A stretch of 64,000 bases of DNA from Octopus vulgaris (taxonomy: Eukaryota). The translations under genes were made by a program, and so were the position numbers. Numbering within the stretch: the stretch's first letter is position 1; each line of letters starts with the position of its first letter. This document shows, in pieces, positions 25,965 through 38,346 of the stretch. The DNA is taken from positions 74,338,001 through 74,402,000 of the forward strand of contig OX597815.1 in assembly GCA_951406725.2 (NCBI GenBank), read 5' to 3'. Under the pieces are notes generated by a model that saw nothing but the letters and a program-made list of their open reading frames with translations, was not told the DNA's origin and searched no databases.

Positions 25965-28223
25965 CTTTCTATTTGGAGAAAGTAACTTGATCTAAAAACT
26001 AAGAACAAGCCTGCATATAGTTTGTAGTTTTACTTTCTTAATCTGCTAATAATGTATATTGATGGAATTTTTAATCCAAAATTTCATAAATATATCCTTT
26101 AAGTTGATATTATCCACAAGGTCTGTGCATTTATGTGTATGCATATATACATGTAGCTAGCATGCATAAACCTTATGCATGATTTTTTTTAAAGTAAATT
26201 TTATGCTATTCTTGTTTTAAACTACATATTTAATAAAAAATACACTGAATTTGTATTTAGATAATTTCTCAAAACTTAGGTTGAGAAACATGGGCAATGA
26301 ACATAACCTTTATTGGCATCCTTGGATTGATGCAACTGATGTCCAGTCAGAACATATACAAGTCATTGTGTGCCAAAAAGAAAAGAACATGGGAAGGGAA
26401 TTGGGTGGGGTCAGGTTTGAAAGCTTACAATGGAATTGATTTTCCTAAAGGCACTTAAAGACCAGGCGATGATGTTAAGTTAGGTGGTACCTGCCTACAC
26501 CTTAAAGTGGTGATCTGTTGTAGCATGATGATCTCTCTCCTATTATGTTCTGTTTTGTGGTGTATTTATATTAACGATCATTATGATAACCCAGTCAATT
26601 ACTCTGCGCTCTTATTTGTTTACCCAGCTCAATTTTCAATTCTTATTTTTGCTGTCATTGCCATTTCTGCTTATTCTTTTATTTATTCTATAACTGTGAA
26701 AAGGAAATACACCAAATTAATTCTGTTTTCTAGTTTCTAATTCCAATTCTTGAACTAATATGCCTGACAACTCTACTTAACTTTTGTGCTTTCATCTGGA
26801 AATATCTTTTTTAAATAAATAGATGTGAACTGAATTAATTTGTTTCTCAATTTGCTAGTATTTTGAAATATGCTTTAGAATCTTTTGTTGTAAATTATAT
26901 TTTTAAAAATCACACTGAAGCTAACTTTGCTTTTCATCCTTTTGAAATATGTGATAAAATACCAATCTTAGATGGTGGGTTGGGGGAACTGTTAGAAAGT
27001 CAAGCAAGATGCCTTGGGGTGTTTATTTCACACACACATACACACACACACAGAGTTGCTATGATGATATTTAGACCTCTTATAGGGATATTTTTTTTAT
27101 CTAAGATACACTGGTCTAATATATTGTATTTTGAAGAAATATTTCCTCAATGAATATATTATATAAAATATCAAATTTTATTATTAAGTTTGCAAATGGA
27201 GAGATCTAATGGATACAAATTAATTTATTAATTAGTTAACATCTTCACTTGCAATTGTTTCATTTTGCATCCAATTTAAACTACAAAACATATATACATA
27301 TATAACCTTGCATTTCAAAATACCTTGGGTGGAAAATCATCAGGGCATGAAAAAGGACAATACAAGGTTTACATTATGATATGTTAGAATATTCCAATAT
27401 ACTAAGAATATATATGTATACACACACACATACACATGCTTGTAGATATCTATATACATATGCACACACATACATATACACTCATCTCTGTGTTTGTAAA
27501 TATGCATGCATGTGTGTGTGTGTGTGTGTGTGTGTGTATTGCATTTCCAGTCCTGAAAGTTTGTTTAGTTTTATGTACATTTATGTATATTTATCTGCTT
27601 TGCTTAACAGCCATAATCATTTTGAATTAATTGTTTCAATTTTTTTCCTTTTCTTTTTTTAATACTCTGTTTGCTAACTATTCCTGCAAAAATTCTTTAT
27701 TCCTCATGTTCTTAAGCATAGCTGCATTGTTTTGCAGGGTGGAGATATTTCATTCCAATCCATTTGCCCTGCCTCCTCCTCTTGCTTATTTGTGTGTGTA
27801 TGCACATGCACATATATAAGGGAATCTGAATTGATATGCATGTATGTTACATTAATAATAATGTATTAGTCTTAATTGCAAAGTTAAAAATAATAAGTCT
27901 TAGCAAGTTTTAACTACCATTGAGATAGAAATGGAAATTCTGCATTCTTGTATGAATCTTTGCTTTCTGCTAAATGAAATAGTATGAGGTAGGCTAATAT
28001 TTTTTTCAATGATTTGTAGTACTTACACATTCGGTGGTGTTTTGTGTAGTGCAAGACACAAAATTTGTGTTTTGTGACTTTCTCTGCCAACAGTGTGTTG
28101 TGGGGGGAAAAAAAACAATACTGAGAAAAACTTAGATATTTTAAATGATTAAAGATTTATTTGATAAAAAACCTTCATGTTGCTGTTATGTTCAAACCAA
28201 ATATCTATTCTTCTTCTATCCAG

Positions 28224-28280
28224 CGTCTCCTCAAACACAGACATTCCACCTTCACCTCCTGTGGAGCAAGAGCAGTACCG
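28224..28280 (+). CDS. FAM13-like exon 6, 57 nt (VSSNTDIPPSPPVEQEQY)
   Basis: Acceptor ttcttctatccag|C and donor CG|gtaagt, phase 2-2. PPSPP motif precedes the conserved region as in vertebrate FAM13A (recalled). Confidence 0.88.
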
Positions 28281-29678
28281 GTAAGTTCTCGTATCATTTT
28301 TAACTTCAGGCTGTGATTAAAATGTCTTTGTTAGGTTATGTAAACCTTGATTGATAGAATGAAAGGTTATAAGTTACAACATTACCATCAATACTATCTG
28401 GTAGCTAAAAAAACATCTGAGTTGTAAATAATTGTTGTCTGTCAGTGTGTTTTTTTTTTTAAGAAATCCATCATGGATTGATATCCTATCTACTGAGGAA
28501 ACAAAGTATAATTTGTTTCTATATATTTACACACACCGCGTGTGTGTTTATATGTATATATATATATGTACACACACACATGCTTTATGTGTATTTATCT
28601 ATATACATACACATACATACATAAACACACTTTATAACACACACAGACATGTACATAAACATGCTTTATAATGCATACATACACCGTTATAATAAACACT
28701 CACATACATACATTCTTTCTGCTATATCATAGCAAAATGAGTAACTGGTTGTTGAAACTTAGTATACTTGTAATTATACTGTTATCCACAAAGCTCCTAT
28801 TGCGAGGCAGTGTGACTTTTATCCTCTCATCCAGACTCTCATATCAACATATCGTCCAGACTCGTATCATATAGGGCAAAATATCAAATAATAAATGACA
28901 TCAGAACAAGAAATATGTAATTATACTCATTAGCATACAACTTAACCAGGCTATGAGAATTTATAGCAGCACCTATTACTAAATCTTATCTCTGTTGCTT
29001 TCTTAGTTGAAAAATCTGTAAACTAATGAATGTACTTACGTAAATTCTAATGTCAATTATTTAAAGTATTTTTGTGTGTGTGTGTGTGTGCGCGCGTGCG
29101 CATAGGCATGGTTGTGTAGTTAAGGCGTTTGCTTGCCAACCATGTGGTTTCAGATTTGATCTCACTGCATGGCACATTGATCAAGTTGTCTTGAGTGGAT
29201 TTGGTAGATGAAAACAGGAAGTAAGGGCTAGCAACAGGAAGAGCATATGGGTGTGAGAATTGTGCCTGAATAAAGTTTCATTTATTCCATACCAGCATGG
29301 AAAAAGAAATGGGAAAATTATGAGAAATTGTGTGTGTGTGTGTGTGCACTTATGTTCACATGTCTGTGTAAACTATCACTGTCTACTGACAATAAGCTGA
29401 AACTTTGAGGACATTATCAACCTTTCCTTTACAAATAAAAATATGATACTCTGTTGAAAAGCAGTGAGTACTTCAATTTCATGTTAACCTTTTAGTATTC
29501 AGATTACTGTGTCAAATGTCAGGCATATTTATTCACATTGTCATTATCTCATATCTGATATTCTGATGATGTAATTGTTAATTTTTTGAATGACATAGCT
29601 GGGCAGGTGTGAGAGGCCAGATCTGTCCAGTTTAAATAGAATATTTGGGTCATATATGGCTGGTTTCAATGATATATA

Positions 29679-30080
29679 TCTCAAATATAAATCCTGTTCT
29701 CTGTGTGTACGTGTGTGTGTAAAATATTATAACGGCCATATTTTTCAATTGATTTTCTCCAAACTAGGAGCATACATTAATTACGATCCAAGGATGGTTT
29801 TAGACTTAAAAATTTTTCACATAATGCGTTATGGGCTCCCTTGGGGCAGAAAGCACCTATTCCTGGGTTATATGGAGAAGGGAGATAACTATTTGCAAAG
29901 TAACTTTCAGAAATTGATTGTCTCCCTTACATCCATTTGCTCAAAAAAATTATCACAATCTCATCTAATATAAAATAGAGATGTGTATTTGCTTTTCACA
30001 CGAAAACAGTTTCACTATTGCGCCCATACTTGTGATGCATGAATAATTTGACCCCGGACACATGTCAGGCTCTCCATTTG
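29679..30080 (+). mobile_element. Possible old non-autonomous Helitron-like element truncating a MITE
   Basis: A|TC start, ATATAAAT...CTGTGTGT...GATTTTCTCCAAACT, degenerate terminal hairpin CCCGGACACATGTCAGG. Confidence 0.4.
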
Positions 30081-30573
30081 ATTTTTTAAAATTAAAAATA
30101 AAAACAATTGCATTTTATATTACACATTCACGTATTTGAAAGTTTTTAAAAATATTTACTTTCAGTTTTCTAGTGTCAGTGACATCTATATCTCTCTATA
30201 CCTCTCTATGTCTATATCTATCTATCTATCTATCTTATTTGTCTAACTATCTAGCTCTCTCTTGCTCCCCATCTCTCTATATCTCATTCAATCTCTATTG
30301 TTTTCACTTTCATCCTTCAGATGCTATTGTTTTCCCTTTAAGTTCAATCACTGTTGTTTTCACTGTAAGTTTTCAATTGCTATTTACAAACAACAACAAC
30401 AAATTACTGACAGAAAGAAGTTCACAATTACCTTTACCTATGTAGCAATTGAATATGGTGCTACTACACCAGTTATTGGGTATGATTCCTTCATGTATAC
30501 CCTGGTTGACTATATGGGTGAAGGCTATAGCTGACATCACCAGATATTTTGATAATCTCTGTGGTGATTCCTG

Positions 30574-30900
30574 ATGGGCCAGGGCACTGGTATGGTCACG
30601 TGTTGCGAATGGATGAGGACAGCTGTGTGAAAAAGTGTCCCACTTCAGAAGCTGAGGGGACCTGTGGAAGAGGTAAACCCAGGAAGACCTGGAATGAGGT
30701 GGTGAAGCATGACCTTCAAACATTGGACCTCACCGAGGCAATGACAAGTGGCCGAGACCTTGGGAGATATGCTGTACTTGAGAAGATCCAGCAAGTCCAC
30801 TGCGATTGTAACCGCAGCCTATGCCAGTGCTGTATAACCAGCCCTTTCAAGAGTACCCCTCAATCATTGGACAATAAACTACACATCGTTTATCGCAGTG
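30574..30900 (+). mobile_element. 5'-truncated RTE-clade LINE fragment (C-terminus of ORF plus 3' UTR)
   Basis: HWYGHVLRMDEDSCVKK...GRGKPRKTWNEVVKHDL...RDLGR fits the RTE C-terminal pattern WxGHVxRM...GRGRPRKTW...D. Confidence 0.85.
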
Positions 30901-31148
30901 TGATACATTTGTGGCAAAGCTGTACACATTTTGAATTACATGTATAGACCAACTGTGTGCAGGTTGTATACTGTTTCTCTCAACCCAGTTTTTCTCACAA
31001 GGTTTCAGATGACTTGTGGCTTTACAGAGTAGCATTTGTCCAAGGTGCCTTATTGTGGGATTGAAACACAGACCTCCTTGTTGCATGCAAACTGCTTAAC
31101 TCTTCAACCATATGACACTTACTACTTCTGCTACTGTGTCTCTCTCTC

Positions 31149-31194
<46 letters not shown>

Positions 31195-34100
31195 TTTATA
31201 ATAACTTTATATCCAATGTAATATAATGCAATGCAAGTACTTTGTAAATCAATTTGTTTCAGAATTTTTGTAGTCCCTTCTTTAACTGATGTCAGCTTTC
31301 AATTGGTTAGGCATGGAATTAATTTGTCAATGACTGAGTGATATGTCAATGCTTCTTTCAGGTCTGTGAATCAATGTAATTGCAATTGATCTTGCAATCT
31401 TGTCTCAAGATATCTCCCTATGTATTCTTTTGGGTTAATATTAAGGCCTTGAGTAACCCTTTTCAGATATTCTATTCTGTGTGTTCTCTACCATACTTAT
31501 ACTATCTTTTTTATATGGCTTTGGAGTTACATCTTTGAAAAAGAGTCCTCTTTTTATTTCTTTTTTTTTTTTTTTTGTCAGCATTGGATTAAAGCCATTT
31601 CAACAATTTGACAGTATTTGGGGCCTTTTAAATGATTTTCAACAAAAATTCAGCTCTGATATGCCTGTTAACTAAGCTACCTCACCTCCCCATACCATTA
31701 CTTCAACTTCTCCATGTTTAACTGTGCCTTGCAATCAATCTCACCTTATTTCACTTTTGTTGTTCTCACATAGAGATCTACCTTGAATTGAAAACGGCAG
31801 AATTCGCTTTCATGAGACAACATTCACAAACAAAACTTGTCTTTCTTACTGTAGAATTTTGTAGCCCATTTGAATAATTTTTGGTCTTATTGGCTTTCAA
31901 AATCCTTGGCTTGTTTCTTGCAACTCGTCACTCTTAATAGAGTTTGCAATCTCTCTAACAGTTGCATGTTGATATTTTATCACTTCCCTCTTAACTGTCC
32001 ACTTTGCTCACTCAGAAATTTTTTACAGCCTCCTTGATCTCTTTATCACTGGACAATATCCTTCATTAATCCACCTCTTGATTATGATATTCACTGCCTG
32101 ATGATTAAAAATAATGTATGTTTGTTGGTGTTTAAGCGTAAGTATTCATATACATCCATAAGTATATACATCAATATGAGCATGTGTATATATGCATATG
32201 TCTGTACATATAAATGTGTGTTTGTGCATGTGTGTGTATAACTGCATTTATGTGGTATTGTTGGTTAACTTTTGTAAAAAAACAAAATATTTTTACTTAT
32301 AGTGGGACTCCTTATATTTATTAGTTTATCAGAGTTTATTGATAGTATTAAAGTCTTTGTTAAATATAAATAATGTGTGAGTGCATACAGATATGCATGT
32401 ATATACGCATACTCATATATATATAAAAATACATCATCATAATCATTAAGTGCTTGTTTTCCATGCTGGCATGGGTCGGATAGTTTGACAGGAACTGGCA
32501 AGCTGAAGAGCTGCCTCAGGTTCCAGTTGTCCATTTTGGCAAAGTTTCTGTGGCTAGATGCCCTTCCTAATGCCAACCACTTTACAACCACTTTTTATGT
32601 GGCACCAGCACAGGTACGTTTCACTTATTTACACATACTTTATGTCATCGGAATCATGCCACGTTTTCAAGTTGGTATTTAGGTATGTAGTAATCAATAT
32701 TAATCAGCTATTCAATATCAGATGTATTGAAATTCATATATACTCTGTGTGCACTGTTGCAGGTGTACTTTGAACAGTTATAAGTCTTTTTTTTACTTGC
32801 AACATGACAAATGTGCAATGTATGTGAGTGTTTGCATGCGCACATACATGAACTCACAAATGTCAACCAAAATATTAATGATTTCTGTATTCAATATTTA
32901 CAAACCCAACAACATTTGCTTTAATGTTTCTGTTGCACTAGTGGAAAAGGAAAACAAAAGACAGAAAATGAGGGGGGAAAAAAATTGGTTTTATAATTGA
33001 CCATTGTATCATGATTTGTTCATAATGTAATGTTAAGAAATATGTTATTGTATTTAAGAGTCTGTACTGTTGTAGAATCTTTCCTGAATATTATAAAAGA
33101 TTGTTTTTATCAACTACAATAATATTAGTTCACAAAAAGTTCAGTAACGCATTATCTTTTTCCTTTTTTTTTTTTGAATTGCTTATTTTCAACATTTGGA
33201 AAGCATATGTGCTTCCATTACTCACAAGTTCTCTTCTGACCGAAACCTATTTCAACATTTAAGATATATTTTCCCCTCCTTCACTTTGGTGTCTTTTTTT
33301 TTTCATCCCCAATTTTTAACCCCCACCCCACTCAGATGCTCACTTGTATTTCTGCTTTCTCATACTCTTTTTTGAACCACCTGTCTTTTATTGATTAATT
33401 GATTCTTCTATATGCTTTTTAGCACCAGCCTCTTCTGTACTACATCATCTGAAACAGTAGTGATATTAAGGATGCCATAATATACTGCTGATGCACTTTT
33501 GAAATATTCTAGCTTAGTGCGCGCATGCACACACACACACACAATAAATATTAAATTTCTTTATCATATTTTCCTGTTTAACTATGAATGGAACATCTTT
33601 CTTAGTAAATGAAATAATTTAAAATAATTAAAAAAATTTTTCTTATCTTTTTTGGTAATGTCATAGGATTCTCAAAAGAAATTTTTGTTTTGAACAATGT
33701 AATCAAATGAATGACTGGAACTAGATCTTGTGTTTCTGTTGTCTTTGGTGTTGGTTAACCCTGGTTAGTTTAGTGATTTTTATCCTTTACTAGACCAACA
33801 TCAGTACGTGGTTGTTGACTTTATTGTTTCTCTTTGATTTGGGTTTTAAAATGGCTGGTGTTTCCATTTTACAGATTTTAGTTTTTTCTTTTGAGTTTTG
33901 TTATTGAGATTTTGCCACAACATGAAACATGTTGAACAATTACAAAAAGAGCCATTCATTGGTTTGGTCATTATCCTTAGTAAATTAGAATAGTTTTCTT
34001 AGAAGTAAAATGATTTTTTTTCTTTTTCTGTTTGAATTGGAAGAATTGGGCTGGTCTCCTAGAACAAGTGAGGTTGATGCGGTTTGATCTTCAACTTGAA

Positions 34101-35414
34101 TTTCTCTTGATTGAGAAGAGAAAATGTAGAAAACTGTAACCTGTAGAGAAGTAAAGGAAGGGGATGATTGAGAAAGACATGGTTAAAAATGATAGAAAAA
34201 AATGAGATCAAGGGGATTGGGGAGGGTAGATGTGGGGAACAGGGTAAAATGGGTGTAACAAATTTAGTTCTCTGCTTGTTTTGTCTCTTACTTTATAGTT
34301 TTTTGTTGAAATATGTGATATTGATCTCTTTTGATGATGCACATTGAACAATCATTGTTGAGATGAGATACAGCTGATTGAATTTACTGCTTTATATAAT
34401 TGGGACTTATTTTCTCTGTAAATAAAACAAGAGCCAAAGAGAGTAGTGATGATCTGTGTTAGCAAAAATCAGGAAATATAATGCTCTGAGAATCTACTAG
34501 CTGTGGCCTGACAGTGCAAGGATATGATGATGAGGATGATGATGATGAGCATCTCTTGGTTTGCTTAGTTGTCTTATACAACAGGTTTTTTCATCCCCCA
34601 GTTTGCAAACAACTAGCTCATTGCTCTTGAGTTCAATGTCAGCAGCTTCACTATGTATTTTGGGGCAATGACCTTAAATCTTTTACCTCAGTTCATTTAC
34701 CTGTCGAGGAAAGCAATTGAACTATGAGGGAATGTTAAGTGAAGCAGCCTACTTAGTACCATGATAGTAAAGCTAAGCACAACCATTTAAGTCATCTGGA
34801 TCTTAGAAAGCATTATATTTATTTATTGAATACATATTTATACATGTCAGAATTGAAGAAAGAATATTTTTCATTGTTTTACATTGATCTTTTTTACCTG
34901 CTAACATTTGTTAGGTGTTTTCCCCAAATTCGGACATTTGATATAGTAAAATCTGTTGGTTGTCCTTTTTATTAAGCAAAAGTAAAAATGATATCTTTTC
35001 TCTGTGAAATAAAGTCCAGTGGAATGTACTTTACCTAGAAAGTATCACATTGCTTGTAGTAGTCTTCAAAACCATGACCATAGGGTGGGGGTGGGTCACT
35101 TTTTTAATCATATAACTATTGTCAAGTCTGTGGGGGTGAGACAACAAACATACATCAGTTTGTGGTTGGTCCCCCACCACTACTTGGCAACCAGTGTTGG
35201 TTTTGTTTACATTCACATTATTTAACAGTTTTGCAAAACAGATTGATAGCATAAGCATAAATACTAGACTTATGAGGTACCCCCCCACCAAAAAAAAAAA
35301 AAGAGAAAGTCTTGGACTCACTTTATTCAATTAAACTCTTCAAGACAGTGTACCAACATGGCTACAATCTAATGACTGACACAAGTAAAAAAAATTTTTA
35401 ATGCTTATATTAAT

Positions 35415-35760
35415 AACTCATAGTTTTTGTATTTTCATATCAACCTTTTGATTGCTTTGATCTATAATCACAGAGTATCTTATTCTTGGATGTATGTACA
35501 ATCCTAGACTGTATTGAAACTAGGAACTTTAAATTTTAATCCAAGATTAATAGCATTTTTAATACTCTAGCTGATATACTGTGTGGATAAGAATGTTATT
35601 AAGCATTCTTTTAGAAATGAAGGTTCCTAGTTTAAATGCAATCTAGGATTGTTTACACAGCCTGGCAGGTGTAAGAAAGACACCTTGATGATGGGAGAAC
35701 AAACTGATCAAAACAAGATGAAGTTGTCAATATTAAAAAAAAAGTTTTAACTCTGAGATA
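35415..35760. repeat. Long degenerate inverted repeat
   Basis: ACAATCCTAGACTGTATTGAAACTAGGAAC (about 35498-35528) pairs with GTTCCTAGTTTTAAATGCAATCTAGGATTGT (about 35622-35652); weaker pairing extends outward. Confidence 0.7.
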
Positions 35761-37610
35761 TATCTTATAACAATATATATGTTATCTCAGAAGTTAGATA
35801 TTTGTTGGATAACTCAGGGAATAATTGGTAATTTTCTTACCTGTTAAATGTCTTTATTTATCAAATTTTTTTTTGTTCTTTTAGAGAAAAAAGAAAATTT
35901 AAAGTGTATTCAAGGAAAAGCATTTTAAATTTAATTTAGAACCAATTTGTCCATGATCACATACTCTTTGTTCTTTTTTTTTTGTTTTCTGTTTTTGGGA
36001 GGGGGAGTTTTTGTGAACCTATTTGCCCTTCTTCTTGGGTGTTTTTTTTGTTTTTAAATTTAAAATTATCCAAACTGGTTGGATATTTTAGTTATCTAAA
36101 ACTTGCTGGAAAGACCTTGTTCTAAATATGATAAAATTGAGTCTCAATCTGTTATACACATCTCTTAATCATATTTTCAACTCAATTCATTTTCTTCATC
36201 TTAGAAGTTTTATTACCTTTTTATTTTTTTTAAGACACACACATGGATAGAAATCAATATAAAGAGAACATTGAACATGCTGTGGAAAGTGGAAAATCCA
36301 TCATTTCAGACAAAGTGCTTCTTCAGTGAAGTGGTGACAGGAGAGATTTCAATGAGACACATTCTTGAAGTTAGCAAAACTGGCTGCAACTCTTGTCAAC
36401 TCTTGTCAACTTTTCTTTGAAGAAGGACTTTGTCTGAAATGTCGGATCTCTGCCTCTTCCCTCACATGGCAAGTTCATTGTATTTTTTTTTACAGATTTT
36501 ATAAATAATACAAATCTATCTGATGTAGACCAACACCAATATCTTTGGAGTCTTTCATCATATGAATATATATGAGTGTGTGTGTGTATATACACACACA
36601 CTCTCGCACACATACACACAGAAACTCCCCTACATGCACTCACATGTATATATATTTATCTCTTTTCTAGCTAGCAGATATTTGTGATGCTTTATTATGT
36701 CACATCACAGATATGTTACGTTCTCAAAGTTGATCCAGTTGTCTCTGGTCACATCTATTCCTAAGTACTTTGATGTTATTTTTTCATTTTTATAGGCACT
36801 CGAGAGCTCGAGATGCCATTTGCTACCATCCAAAGTTCATGTTAGCATTTTTGTCACTACTTTGTCTCTAATTGAACCCAGAAACCAAGGTAAATAGAGC
36901 ATGGATTTTTACTTTTTTTTTTCTTTTCTATTTTTATTTGTTTTTTTAGAGTTACTTCCAATATCTTCTTGGACATGGATATCAAATAGATACTAAACAT
37001 ACTACTTTTTTCAAGTTTTTAAAATTTTTTTTTCCCAATCAGATACTCATTATTATATTTTAACTATTTTTTTTTATTTTATAAAAAATAATTATTTACC
37101 AATATTCATTCTTTTAAACCGATTTTAATTAGTTTTTACAAGTCATCTGTGATCATACATTTTGGTTCTGAGATATTTTTTTTTTAATATTCTGAAAATC
37201 TTGTTAAAACAAAATTATTGAAATATTCTCTGCTCATAATGAATTATTTCCAAAGATGTATAAGGCATCAGATATATCCAGTCTTTCTCTGCATGTTACT
37301 CCACTCATGTTCTGTGCATTTATTTTTTTCCCTGTTTAGAAATTTCAGTCTGCTGTGTATTTTCTTTTTTGTTCTCCTCTCATTTTTTATTTTCAAGCCA
37401 TTTTTTTTTTGTTTTTGCTTAACTTCAGATTATTAGATTTCCACAATATCTTATATTATTTATATGAAAAAATTTGGGACATTATGTTCAAAATATTCAA
37501 TATTATTAAGAAAAAAAAAAATGCAAAAAATTTCCTGCATTTCTTTCACATCAAATATACACACTATGCACTAAAAAATGCAATAAAACTGGGGACAGCT
37601 GATGCATTAA

Positions 37611-37823
37611 ACTCTTTAACATTCAGATTGCTCTATCAAATGTAATGCCTATTTATTCACATTGTTTTGAATTAATCATGCATTATTTCATAGCCTCAGG
37701 ATTTCAGTGATGTGATTATTTATTTTTAGACTGACATAGGTTTGAGAATCTGGATTTAGCCAGTTTGAATGTAAATTAGGTCGAAAATTTGGGCCAGTCA
37801 TGCCCAGTTAAAATGCTAAAGGG
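37611..37823. mobile_element. piggyBac-like MITE family 1
   Basis: TTAA-ACTCTTTAACATTCAGATT...AATGCTAAAGGG-TTAA. Confidence 0.8.
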
Positions 37824-38294
37824 TTAAAGTTCACCCACCTACCTTTTCTTGCAATTCTTTGACATAAAATGTTGCAGTTAAAAACAGTCAGTGAGTTCAC
37901 ATGTTTCTGTTATCTCTTGTGTCAAAATTTTTGCTTTTAATGGCACCTTGTATGGGTAACTTTGAAGCAGTGAAAGAATTAATTTTTAAATTTTGGTAAT
38001 TTCATAAATTCTCAAGCACTTTAAAACATAGTTTCAAAACAGGATTTTTTATAATAATGAGCAAAGAAAATTCCATATGCAGTATGTGTGTGTATAATGA
38101 GCAAAAAAATATGACATGAAAGGGACAAGTTTTAACAAACATTACATTAGTTTTATGCTTAAAAGAAGGAAAAGTATCTGGACATTTCAGAGACTAGTCC
38201 TTCATCAGAAATAAATAAATAAAATGAGAAAAATATAAAGCAGGAAAAGTGGTAGGAAAGAAAGAAAAAATATATATATATATATAATATATAT

Positions 38295-38346
<52 letters not shown>

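Noticed and set aside
27738-27795. Acceptor ttttgcag|G followed by VEIFHSNPFALPPPLAY in phase 2
   Set aside because: No convincing donor; it runs into a GT microsatellite.
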